From: Schmidtea polychroa
Taxonomy: Eukaryota
Assembly (NCBI GenBank): GCA_044892525.1
Contig: CM097887.1
Coordinates: forward strand, 80,206,397 to 80,270,396
DNA: 64,000 nt
Direction of reading: 5' to 3'
In this document: piece by piece, positions 47,541 to 60,540 of the stretch
Layout of the letters: the number at the start of each line of letters is the position of its first letter
Position numbering within the stretch: position 1 is the stretch's first letter
Position numbers and translations under genes: made by a program
The notes under the pieces: generated by a model
Seen by the model: the letters and a program-made list of their open reading frames with translations, nothing else
Told to the model about the DNA's origin: nothing
The model's database searches: none

Positions 47541-50500
47541 TGGCATTATAATCATATGGATGCGTCTCATATTTATTCTCGCTATCAACACTCTGTTCAT
47601 CAGACCCCATATTTTCATTTTCTCTAATATATCATCAGTCTTTTAATAATATTGTAAACTTTGCTTTTACTCTCGTTCATAATGTTTGAATATTTGTTCT
47701 TGCATTTCTTTCTCGGGATTATAGCCGTGCCGACGCTCCATCTTGTCCACTACAATATAATAATCTCTTTTCAAGGATACTAAAATGATAAAAGTCTACA
47801 TTGGTAGGTTTCTCCTTTATTTTTATTGAAATGGCGTACAATCAGTACGCCGATTAGCAAGATAACTACCAATACCAGGATGACGGCCACAACCCAGTAG
47901 ACGTATGCTGAATCTACCTTTTACATAAACCACGCACAATTCTGAAGAATCTTACTTATTGGTTGATAGTCCAAGGTTATTATAGCTTTCATTTTGAATT
48001 TCAAGGAGGGATCATTGCTGGAATAGTATGTATATTTCGGCACTACATTTGGGGATGATTTAAAATCCACGTGGCATTCTATAAAAGTGTCTTTGAGTGC
48101 TTCTTTAACAGATTCGTCGCTTTTGGTATTATTGGACTTAATTGGATGCAGCGTCAATTCATTCTGAAATAGTAATAAAAATCCTCATAAAATGACAAAT
48201 TAATGAATATTATTTATTAATTAATCCTTGTCTATTTTCGGTATATTTTGATTCCTATGCATGCCCCAATGTGTCCCAGAGTACTTAGATACTTTAATAT
48301 ATACAGAAAAACAGATAAAGGTGACCAGACAGGTGTTTACTTTAATTAAAATGCTTTTAAAATCAATATTTATATTATCCGTTGATTTGTTGATCGACTT
48401 TCTCCTCAAATTCACTAATCAAAATTTTGTTGGGATATTTTGTTGAGGCTATTTTGTCGGTTTTCATCTAACTGATCTGTTTTATCCGGGTTGTTTTGTT
48501 GAAGTGCCACGGATAAATATACTAGTTAGAAACACACGTAATTAAGTTAAAACATCCTTAGACTCGCATATAAATATTAAAGTTAGAAGAAAGTTATTTT
48601 ATATTTAATATAAAACACATATAAAGGTTATAAATCTATAATTTGTTTTAATGCATCAATATTTAATTTCAGTCATTCAGCGACTAAAAATAAATATTTG
48701 ATGCAATGGAATTTAGAAACGTAATTCGGTTTTTACTTTTAAAGGAGCTAGAAAAGAGAAATTATTCAACAGATAGAAGAACCATAAAAATGAATAGCTC
48801 CTTTAAGAGCAACAATATATAACTGGATTCGTGAGTTTTCGTCAGATAGAACAAGTGTTTTTGATAGTCAATAAAGTGAAATACCAGTAGAGATTGATTG
48901 AGAAAACTTAGAAAGAAAAAGGTAATTGTGTCTAAGAATAGGAAGATCACAGATGGAGTAGTCTCTAAAACAAATGTTTGCAAGAAAACAATGCAGCTTA
49001 TGTTGAATCAATTTCAGGAAATTGTGCAGCAGATTCGTTCCACGGTATTTAACGTTAGGGATAATGGAAAGACTAAATGTTGTTTGGAAACATTTTACTA
49101 TTAGATTAAATTAAAAGCTTTATATATTAATGAATGAAGAAATGGGCATATAATTATTAATACAAGTTGTTATTCACTGCAACATTATAAAGAATAAGAA
49201 CTGAGTTATTTTTTATACAATTTATAGGTAATAATAAAATTGCACATTTTTTTCAGTGGGCATTCCAAATTAGGCCTCAAAGAGCTTGAAAATCATTTGA
49301 ATAACAATCTCTTTCCCAAATGGGACAAATGAGCCTTTCACTTATCATGGAAATTAAATTCATATTTTTTTCAAAAAAGTTCACTTCGAAGTCACAACTC
49401 GTCTAAACTGTGAGAATCAGGTGGCAGTTTTCATTTCATTTTGTGATTCACTTACAATTTTCATGGACTTTGTCGATGAATTTTGGTTTTTAAACACAAT
49501 AACAATAATATGCTTAGGTTGTTTTAAGCGATATAAGGAACATAAACAAAATCAAATATAATTACCGTAGCTGTATCGAGGGTGAAATAAGGTGCAAATA
49601 GATTGTTAGTATTCGGTCCAAGTCGGTGACCCCTTACCATCCAATAATAGTCAACCTCTAGTTCTTTATTTTCATATTGCTCCACTCGTACTCGACATTG
49701 GAATTTATGAGAAACCAGGCTGCTACAATCAGTAGTGCAATTATACGATTCAGGAGACGAATCTATCAGATTATTTAAATTCGGAATGACATATATTGAA
49801 CTGGTTTTTAGGTTGACGCCGAATTCATTTTTCACAAGGAACATGACTGTATGATCTTGATATTGTGTTTGGCCTAGAGATTTCCTCAAATTGAACGCTT
49901 GATATACTATAGTAACCGTATCTGACGGAAGCTGGGGGAAAGATTGAATTGTAAAATTCAATTCAGTTAAATACGAATATGACTTTTTGAGGCTAGCAGT
50001 TGACACACCCAATGATTGGCCGAATATAATATTTTCANNNNNNNNNNNNNNNNNNNNNNNNNNNNNNNNNNNNNNNNNNNNNNNNNNNNNNNNNNNNNNN
50101 NNNNNNNNNNNNNNNNNNNNNNNNNNNNNNNNNNNNNNNNNNNNNNNNNNNNNNNNNNNNNNNNNNNNNNNNNNNNNNNNNNNNNNNNNNNNNNNNNNNN
50201 NNNNNNNNNNNNNNNNNNNNNNNNNNNNNNNNNNNNNNNNNNNNNNNNNNNNNNCTAAGAAAGATGCTTATATTAAGAAATTATTTGGAATTATGAAATT
50301 TAATGTTGATATATATGTATGATATATGAGTAAGGTTGATTTGTCTCAAAATGAAGTAAGTATTTTGAAATATAATACAAATCGTGTGTAAAAACGAACA
50401 AAAAATTTGAACATTTATATTTTCATATATTCCTATCAATGAAAAAGATTAATACTAATTGCAAGACTTTCTTATCTATGGTTGGCCCTACTCAGAATAA

Positions 50501-53500
50501 AACAGCTAAAATTTTGGATGGATTATTAAAACCTTTAATGAGATCAGAGTCTGGATTTAAAGATAATTTGGAATTTGTTTCCGGTATTTCATAGATGAAT
50601 GGACACAATGTGAATAAGATTATGATTCCGCTTGAAGTTCATAGTTTGTTTATTAATGAATCACCAATGAAACCATTGATTTGTGTTGTTTTATATGGGA
50701 TAAATATCTCAACATCATATTTTGTATGAAAGGGCATTTTTAGAATGTTTTGAGGTTGCTAGTTTAAAAGCCAATTTTGTTTTAAATAATGAATGGTATC
50801 ATGAAATATAGAGTTACTAAACGAGTACTCGTTTACCAATAACGATGGCATCATTATTTTTGACAAGCCAGGAAAAGCGAATTACTTCGTTCCAAATTGA
50901 GAAACTCAATGTTTATAAACGGCATTTGGATGATATTTGTCTTATAATTGAAATCCAGGGACATGTAGAGCAGTTTTTGCGTTATATGAATATCTAGGTG
51001 TAATTTGACTAAATTGGATGGTGAGGTAAATAACATTAATAGCGTGTGTAAGGATGATGAGCCATAATTTGTGTTGGTATTCCTATAAATTTGGAAGCTA
51101 TGGAAATTATAAAATTAAAATAAACAAAATGTTGATCAATATAAATTATAAGATCATCTCTAATTCTTGTAATGTACACAAAGAATTTTTCAATCAATTT
51201 TTTGACATTGCGTAATCCAATACAATTTGTTAGTGATTACCCAAACTCTACTATTTACAGCGTTGCACATTTATATAAATTAATAAATCTTAAGATGGAC
51301 TAATATGCTCTAACTATTCATATTATTCTTAATGTTAATTATTACGGATAAATTTATTAATAATACTAATAAAAAAGTCAAACTTTCACAGATCGTAAAG
51401 GTCCATATAAATGTTACGCCAAGTTGTCTCCATGATCAAATATTACTGAATTGATACCCGTTTAATTCGGGATATCAGAAATATAATAACTTTTTTTAAT
51501 ACAAATACTTTTAATTTAATAGCTACCCTAAAAATGTCCATTTCATAGCAGTAATTGGTTGAGAATAGAAAAATATATTTAGCATGATCTCAAATTTACT
51601 CTTGGTTAATTTTCCAAATAAGTGTTTCCGAAAACCCTAACCATGACATTTATCATCGCGAAAATAAAATAATAGTCACCATAATTTATTTTTATCATTA
51701 CGACCAAATATCCTTTCAAAATATTTTTGTTTTGGAATTAAATTTTTCATCCATTTTTTCGGAACTACAGTACGATTTTCCAAAAATTAGCAATACAATA
51801 ATATCATTAAAACAAATATAATAATATAATAAAAAAATATAAAATATAAAATATAATAAAATATAAAATACAAATATAAAATAAAAATAGTAAAATAAAT
51901 TTAAAAATAAATTACAAAAATAAAAAAAATATATAAAAAATAATAAAAAAATTAACAATAAGATAATATTATTAAAAAAAAGTAATTATTATAATATTAT
52001 TACAATATTATTACATGTAATATTTTTATTAATATTAAAATTAAATAATTCTAAAGAATTATTAAAAATAGTGGTATTAAAAAATTTGTCGTTCACAATT
52101 TTATCATATGTATTAATCTCCCCTTTCTAATGTCATTTCATACACATCTGGAAACGTGCGGGATACTTTTCAATAATTCTTAAATTTATACAAAACTAGA
52201 AAGTAATTTTTAATATTGTTTTGTATATTAAAATCAGGACATTTGTGAATTTTAAATTATAGCGAAAAAAGTGGAGACAGTTACGCGGAACGTGGCATGT
52301 ACTAATACGTACATATAGGATTTGTAAAAATTTGAATGCGGTTTATCCGTCAAGAGAAAAGACGAGAAATACAAGAAATTGAATAGGCTAGTTACCTAAA
52401 GCATAGGTGACTTCCTTTATATAAGATTAGATTATTGCAGAAATGGAATAGAAATATCACCAAAACAATTAAAATAATTACCAATAATTTCGGTTGGTTT
52501 TTATAGCTGCATCTGAAAGATGTCGAAGCGGATTCCTTCACATATTGGACCATGGGCATGCAATTGGAATCAACTAATATTGGGGGTCCCAGCACTTTGA
52601 CATTGAATGTAAATGTCAGTTTATCTGCCCCGTCCGTCACATCTAGAGTATAAGTGCCAGCCATCCCTTCCGTGATGCCCGCAACAAATTTCACTGAATA
52701 TTTATCAGGTTGGATAGTAGTACCGGAATTCAACTGCTCTCCATTATATTGCCAAAACCATTTTGCTGCAGACGATGCTTGATATAATGCAATGAGTGAA
52801 ACTACTCTAGTTTTGGAATCGTCTTTTACAATCTATAATAATATAATAATCAATAATAATAATAATCAATAATAATAATAATCAATAATAATAATAATCA
52901 ATAATAATAATAATAATCAATNNNNNNNNNNNNNNNNNNNNNNNNNNNNNNNNNNNNNNNNNNNNNNNNNNNNNNNNNNNNNNNNNNNNNNNNNNNNNNN
53001 NNNNNNNNNNNNNNNNNNNNNNNNNNNNNNNNNNNNNNNNNNNNNNNNNNNNNNNNNNNNNNNNNNNNNNGCAGCAGTATTTATTATTTAAAACAATAAA
53101 GTGATAATTTAAGCCTTTTGCTGCGAATAATGTATTTAATGAAAAAAGTTTCGACTAGAAGATAGTCCTTGTCAATCAATTGACAATGACTATCTTATAG
53201 TCGAAAATCTTTTCATTAAATACATTATTCGCAGCAAAAGTCTTAAATTNNNNNNNNNNNNNNNNNNNNNNNNNNNNNNNNNNNNNNNNNNNNNNNNNNN
53301 NNNNNNNNNNNNNNNNNNNNNNNNNNNNNNNNNNNNNNNNNNNNNNNNNNNNNNNNNNNNNNNNNNNNNNNNNNNNNNNNNNNNNNNNNNNNNNNNTTAG
53401 GTAAAGTTCAACATTCTGCTTCAACGGACTAATGGCCTTTAATGGAATTGAGTAACTTGAAGGAGTTCCAATGAAAGGGACTCCGGAGATAATTTCATTT

Positions 53501-54510
53501 CCTGTGAATGATTGAATGTAGGTGTTAATGGGAGTGGCGCCATTATTCCCTTTGATATAGCACATGAGAGCATATGTCACATCTATCTGACTTGTATCAA
53601 TTTTCATGTCATATATTTGCAGATTCCCATCATTATCCACATAGCTAGTCAATCGAATCATGTCATAAATGGCTGTCGGCCTTATAGCATCATCTCCTGA
53701 GAAAATCTGAGTTGTATATCTAACGCACTTGTCAAATGTTTGCTTCTCTTTAGCCTTTAATGTCTCAAAGTTAGGCTTGACTGGACATACGCTCCATTCG
53801 ACAGGATTCAAAGGCAGCTGTTGATACCAATTTGGTTTTCCTGGATTATACATCAAGCCATTTTCTGAACATTTGAAAGTGATTGGCAGCTTGTCTCTTG
53901 TTACATTGGTTGGATAAATTGTTTTAATGTTGCTATTGTCGAGTACAATATCTGATCAACAATCATAATTAATCACAGTGCAAAATTGAATACTTTGTGA
54001 CCAATAGTAAGTGTCCCTGATTTGAATATCATTAGATCTCACCATGAATTTCCCAACCCTGTCCTGAACTTCAATATGGTAATTTCCCGATGAATCGATA
54101 GAACTGCTAGGGAACTGCAATTGTAATACCAATCCCATTTTGCCGGCTGGGTTTTTAGCTCTTGATATTTTGTATCCAAACATCTGAATATTAGTAAATA
54201 ATTCTGTTTCTTTCCACTCGTTTGGACACGTATCTTCCTGATAATAATGACACATGTAAATACTCCTATGGCGGGATACAGGAAATTACTTTGCAGAACC
54301 TGTATACCAAGTCGCTCTTGTTCCCGTATCCTGATACCAAGCAATATATAGTGAATGGGCTGACATATGTGCCTATGTCCTTATAGATGATGACCTGGTC
54401 CCCTGAATATACATCAATCGCCGGATCGCTGGGTGTCAGAGATAACGCTACTGGAGAATCCAACAGCTTTGATTCCCCAGACGGACCCCATCGCAAACAG
54501 GAGATTTGAC
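47541..54510 (-). CDS. L1/neuroglian-like Ig-superfamily type I membrane protein (partial: 5' exon(s), gap-hidden exons and last exon unresolved)
   Basis: Exons 54510-54290, 54237-53994, 53951-gap, 52832-52482, gap-49566, 48163-47956, 47913-47800, 47749-47671 and 47623-47541, with GT-AG phase-consistent joins where both ends are visible. Ig motifs (DNDGNLQI...ALMC; WFWQYNG...GTYTL), TM WVVAVILVLVVILLIGVLIV, tail NKNKGETYQLDKMERRHGYNPEKE...SVDS..KY. Confidence 0.75.
50480..51000 (+). mobile_element. Decayed Penelope-like reverse transcriptase fragment (intronic)
   Basis: GPTQNKTAKILDGLLKPL...KDNLEFV...EVHSLFIN...ETIDLC and YKRHLDDIC resemble Penelope RT motifs. Confidence 0.65.
53106..53249. 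repeat. Near-perfect 144-bp palindrome
   Basis: Arms of about 70 bp (AATTTAAGCCTTTTGCTGCGAATAATG... / ...CATTATTCGCAGCAAAAGTCTTAAATT) with a few mismatches. Confidence 0.85.
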
Positions 54511-54758
54511 CTGAGTAATGATCAATTTAATAATAATTTATTTTATATTCAGTAAAACAAAATTTACTAAATAATAGGTTAGTAATTATAATTACTCCAA
54601 TCATTTATTAAATTTGGATTTAATCCGCTTGATATAAATATCGCTTGCTAATTTATAAATGCATTTGATTCATTTAAACAAAGATTGATAATTTTTTTAA
54701 TTTATTAGAAATGATATGTTAAAATTTGTTTGAATTAATAAATTTTGGTTGTAAATAT

Positions 54759-57700
54759 TTATTTTGTAAAGTGAAAATATATATTTATTACGAAATAGTG
54801 AGAAAAAACACAGCTTATATCTAGTTTTCTGGTGATGTATTTGAATATTTGGGATTTAAATTGCACTCCATGCTCTGTTACGATGGTTCTTGGAACACCA
54901 TAACGTAAAATCCAGTCTTGGACGATTTTGATTTCCAGGCTTTTGGATGTGATAGTTTTCAATGAACAAACGTGTCTTTCTATCGATCATTGTCAATATC
55001 TACTGGATCAACGTGTACGACGTCAAACCGATTTCCAGTTGGATAATTCATTATTGGCTGTTTGATATTTTTATTTATTTTGTTTTGTTGACATAGGAGG
55101 CATTGTGATACCCATTCTTTTACGTTTTTTCTCATGTAAGGCTACCCAACTCTGGTGCGTAGGAATTCATATGTTGATGAAGAATCTGGGTGGTGTAGAT
55201 CGCGGATTGCTGAAAAAGCTTATTTCCTAAACGGTGCTGTGAGTATAGGTCTCATGCAGCGTGGGATTAAAATGTCATAGTGGATATCTTCCAGATTAAG
55301 ATACTCTGATGAGAAAACGGATATATCTTCATCTGTTGGCTTGTGTCTCTTGAGCTCATTGATTGAAAGAAGTGGTTGGTGAGTTATTGCGCAGGAATTT
55401 CTAGAAATTAATCTGCAACAATTTTCTCTCTTCCAGCTAAATATGGAATAATTGTCGAGGAAATGGGTTTTTAATGGTTATGGCGTGTACCAAAGGTCTG
55501 TGATCTGTGAAAATGGTGAGGTTTCTTACCTACAAGAAATATGAAAAATGTTTGATGAAGAGGTAAACTGCTAAATGTTCGCGGTCGAAAGTCGAATATT
55601 TCTGTTATGCCGCATTGAGTTTTGTGAGTGGAATTACAATAGTTCTGGTGTTCCTTGATTGATATGATGCAGGACAGCTCCGAATGCTATATTCGATGCG
55701 TCAGTAGTCAAGGTGATTGGAAGGTCTGTTTGTATTTTTAATAGTTACTCTTTAGCTCGATCAAAAGATTGTAAAGCTTTATTGCTCCATTTAACTATTT
55801 CATTTCTTTTCCCATTTGACAAGTTCGTCATTGGCCCTAAGATTTCCGATATCTTAGATATAAATTTGTGGCAGCAGCTTATTGTGCCTAGAAAGCTTCT
55901 GTTTTCGGCAGTTTGAAGTTTTTGATGCAATTTATTTTTTATTGCAATGACTTATCCTAAGAAACGTGCTTCGTCTTGAAAGAACGAACAAATTTTGTAG
56001 TGCAGTTGTAGGTTATTGTAATGTAATGCCTGAAAGACCAAAGTAAAGTGCTTTTATTGCTCAGTTATTTTTGGAACCTATTAAGATATCATGTATATAG
56101 GCGACAAAAAGTTGAATTTTTTAAGTCTGTTGTCAATATGTCTCTGGAAAGTTTGTGATGCCTTCCTAAGTCCAAAAGGGATGTAAAGATATCCATATAA
56201 CCTTATCGGTGTGATTACTGCAGTTTTGCAGACGTCCGTGGGATTCATTGGGGTTTGGTGGTAATCTTTCTGTAGATCGATCATTGAGAACATGTTGGCA
56301 TTCGACATGGGGTATGGCATTGTGTATGAGTCGTGAATGGTTATATTGCTGAGTCTTCTATAATCAACACAATGTCGGTAGGTACCATCTTTCTAAAGTA
56401 CTGGGTGTATTGGTGATGCCAGGGAGACTTTCTGACAATACCACTCTCCTTGAATTCTGAACATTCTTCCCGAATAAGTTCCAGTTTCTCAATGTTAGAG
56501 TTGTGATAATTGAATGCCGATAAATTCCAGTATTATTTACGGGATTATTAGTCCTTATTTTGGTATTGTTAAAGCGTTCTTGAAGGGTTTAAACATATGG
56601 GTGTAAGGTTATGTTTGACAATGCTCTTTTGTTTTGATTTGAATGATCTTCCTATATTGTTTTTACAGTTTCAGTTCTGATAGTCTTACATTATATTTTG
56701 AAGGTTTTGTGGTTTTTGCAATCGACTAAAAGATTGTATATAGCTAAGAAATCGGAGCCTAGAATTGGATAAGCGACATTTCCTATATGGAATGTCCATT
56801 CAAACGTGTTAGGTATTTCGTCTATACGAAATGTGATGTGTTTTGTTCTAGTAGTATATACTTGTGAACCGTTTGCTGCGCTCTGCTGAATTTGTGTATG
56901 TGAAACTGGTGGGTAGTAACGAAATACTTGAACTAGTATCAATGAGAAATTTCAAACAGCTTAGAGTTGATAATGAATTGGTGAAAGAAGGAGAGAAAAC
57001 GCAAAGTAAAAATGAAGAAGAGAGAGATGAAATTTGATTTCTGTCAATTTCTGTTTTGGTTGTTTCTTATCAAACCGCATATTATTGTTGGTTGAATTTG
57101 CGACTTATACCCTTCAAGAGATTTTCTTGCCTGATTTTTGTAGCGAGTATGGTAAATGCAAACGTCGAGTATTTTGTTGACAAAACATACGACAGTTTTT
57201 GAGTGTAAGATTCGGTGTGATTGCCTTTTATGAGTTGTCAGATTTTTAATAAATCCTTTATTGGAAGTGTCCAAACACTATGGTCTTCATCACAACATTT
57301 GAGTTAAACCAAATGGTGTTATTCAAATGAACCTTGCTTTTCACAGAACAAAAATCAAATTTTGAATGTTTGCGGTTACCCAAAAAATCAACAATGATGG
57401 CATCATAGAGAGTTTGAGCATAAAACTTATAGATTACAGATACTTCAGCCCTTTTGTCAGGAGAACTGAGATTTTGTTGACAAGCATATTCACGTCATTC
57501 TCCTTGAAGAATATGTATATCATTGACTAAATAAAAGTCGATTATTAATGTCTGACCTCTAGCGTAATCAGAGTGATAATTAGATGACCACCTCCACTAT
57601 TCAACTTGAGTATGAAATGGAAAATTGCTGATACAATAACGTTTTTCTCCATTTGAAGATCTATATCCGGTAAAGATTGATCAAAAGTTCTTTGTAGGCT

Positions 57701-57884
57701 ACTAAATAATTTTGAAGCTTGAATCTTTGGACACTCTTCAACAAATATTCCTTGAACCAATTCTTTGAATGAAGTTATACATGAAATAAGATAATATTAA
57801 ATATTCCCATAATAATAGTTACCCATTTGCCATTGCTATTTAAAACATTCCAGTGGCTGATTGGAGATCCCACTTCTGACACCA
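54759..57884 (-). mobile_element. Decayed Gypsy retrotransposon internal region (PBS, gag, protease, RT, RNase H, integrase)
   Basis: PBS at 57867-57884 (TGGTGTCAGAAGTGGGAT, tRNA-Leu type). Motifs PILGSDFL, IDLQKDYHQ...KTAVITP...PFGLRKASQTFQR and WILRYGVPRTIVTEHGVQFKS, with many lesions. Confidence 0.88.
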
Positions 57885-59633
57885 CTTTTAATACTATATA
57901 ATTAACAAGTATTAAAGCTAATTAAAAATTGACTTTGTATTTATTAAAAAGCTTGATTATGAATCAGTAAATATATCAAAAGCATCGATATTTATTTACT
58001 GATTCATAGTCAAGCTTTATAATAAGTGCAATGTCAATTGACAAGAAATCAGTGGTGAAATTTGAAAAACGTTCTTATAATTAAAAATTTATTGATTAAA
58101 ATATTTTTGATGTGATTCCACGCACAACGTTTTAAACAATTCAACAGAAAAAGAAATGAGTTAATTACATATAAAAGTTATTAAACATTTTTGATAAATT
58201 CTCATAAAATTGCACCACCTTTGTAAATTCGCTAGACCGTACCTTAGATTGACGACAATTTATACCTAAAAAGTTTCTAATTTTCGTTACATAAAGCAAT
58301 GAAAGTTGTAAATGGGGTCTATAATTTATTAGATCTATCCCCTCGTGAAAACGGGAAAAGGTGGGAGAATCACAAACTGTACCATACTCATTAAACAACA
58401 GCAAAAATCCAGATTTTACCATAGTTCCATCATAATATAACAAAGACAATGAATTTATATTTAGATAAGCGTAATCCTCAAATCAAGACATATCTAACCT
58501 TCATGCTATATCTATTAGGTATATTTCTCTGATATCCCATGAGATTTTAAAAATTTTCGCTTTAAATTAATTGATATACAAGCTTGAGAATATCAAAATT
58601 GTACTCCTGAGAACTGTTAATAAAAAAGTACGAAAATAAGTCATACTAAACTACAATTAAAAGATCGCTTTTAAACAGCAGGCTATAAAAGTTGCTGATC
58701 ACGTATTAGATCATTGGGAGGAAGTGGCTACAGAGGTCACTACATGTTTACTGTTGCGCACCGGATAGCTGAGAGTGGGTGCTTGCCGAGACGTATTGAT
58801 ACATGTCTAATTTGAAGCCTTTATAAGCATCGAGCCGGTTTGCAGGTTGCCATTCAATAGAAGAGAGTAGTTGTTGATGGACATCGACTCGTCTACTTTT
58901 TAGTAAGGTAATATTATCTATTATAAATTATAGTTATTTTTTTTTCTTTCTCCAAACATATTCATAAAACTTCTTTGTCCTACAAATGTCTAAAAGGCGC
59001 GTCAAATCACTAGCTGTGGAAGAGATTCTAGCTACACTTGAAGAAGTGCTGGGCCAGGATCAATAAAAACTCTGATAATCAGTTTTTTTTCTTAGCTACC
59101 ATTCTAGGTGTAATATTTTGTTTCTTTTCTAAGACAGGGATACCAGCATGAGAGAATCAACTAATAAAATAATAACGTAACAAAAATAATAATAAATAAA
59201 TAAACATAGAGTAATAATTTAAAACAATAATAAATAAAATAGATTAAAGATAGTAATTAAGTTAAAACGAAGACAAATAAAAATAAATTAAAAGCAGTAA
59301 TTAATTTAAAAACGATATTAAACCAAACTAGATTAAAAAAATATTAATAAAATTAAATAACTGGAATTTGGATTAAAAATAATTATTAAGTAAAAAATAA
59401 CAAAAATAGAATTTTTTTTAGATTAAAAATCAAAATAAAATCAGAAAAATACAGAATGAATGCCAGTCAGGAATAGGTAGATAAAATTAATTAAGGAAAA
59501 ACATAGTTAATAATTAAATTAGCAAAATAAAGCAAATATATTAAAAAGGGAACATTAAAATAGTAATTAAAATAGAAAAAAAGTGCAATTTGCACAACTG
59601 CTTAATCCTGATTGGATAAGACAGTATTAAAAT

Positions 59634-59635
<2 letters not shown>

Positions 59636-59724
<89 letters not shown>
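59636..59724. repeat. (TA)n microsatellite
   Basis: Pure TA run of about 90 bp. Confidence 0.95.
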
Positions 59725-59725
<1 letters not shown>

Positions 59726-60540
59726 CGGCGGATCCCAGCGGAAAACCTTGGAAGATAACACTTGAAAACGTCTAGAAATGAGGACCACAGTTAAATGAAG
59801 ACTTGACAATAATATAACAAAAGAATAGATTCTGAATAATGACGTAAGACCTTCTATCGGTAGTCCAGATCCCGAAAAGAAAATACAACGAGGAATAGTT
59901 TTAGGAATAGAGCTCACCTGCTCATGGATTTTCTGCCATTGTGTAGAGCACTAACATGGTCGTTACCATGGGTACATAGATGGTCTAAAGTACAATAGTC
60001 ATGAAGGCGTTTAGGAAGGAGTCAATTCAACATCTATAACTACCCCTAACACATTTAAAAATAAAAGGACACACCACTAAACCCAACACTTGTTATGTAG
60101 CGACGATAAAAACTCAAGATTTTTCCTGTAAATATCCTTGTATTATATTATTATAAAGTGATGTGACCTACATATTTTTAAAAAATTTTGATTGGGCATA
60201 TCAATCTAATTATTATTAANNNNNNNNNNNNNNNNNNNNNNNNNNNNNNNNNNNNNNNNNNNNNNNNNNNNNNNNNNNNNNNNNNNNNNNNNNNNNNNNN
60301 NNNNNNNNNNNNNNNNNNNNNNNNNNNNNNNNNNNNNNNNNNNNNNNNNNNNNNNNNNNNNNNNNNNNNNNNNNNNNNNNNTAAATTTAGATGAAATCTT
60401 TAATTTATAGTTTATTTACCAGAACCATCACATTATTGGTTGACGTGGTTCTACTAGAACTCAAGCTTGGTAGGGTGGGTGGAGTAGGCTTTAACATCAT
60501 ATCTAAATCTGAAAATTAATTTGTCATCACATTTTCTCAA

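Noticed and set aside
58165-58449. Candidate first exon of the Ig-superfamily gene
   Set aside because: It has a weak signal-like start and a PTF motif, but no convincing phase-consistent splice to 54510 could be established.
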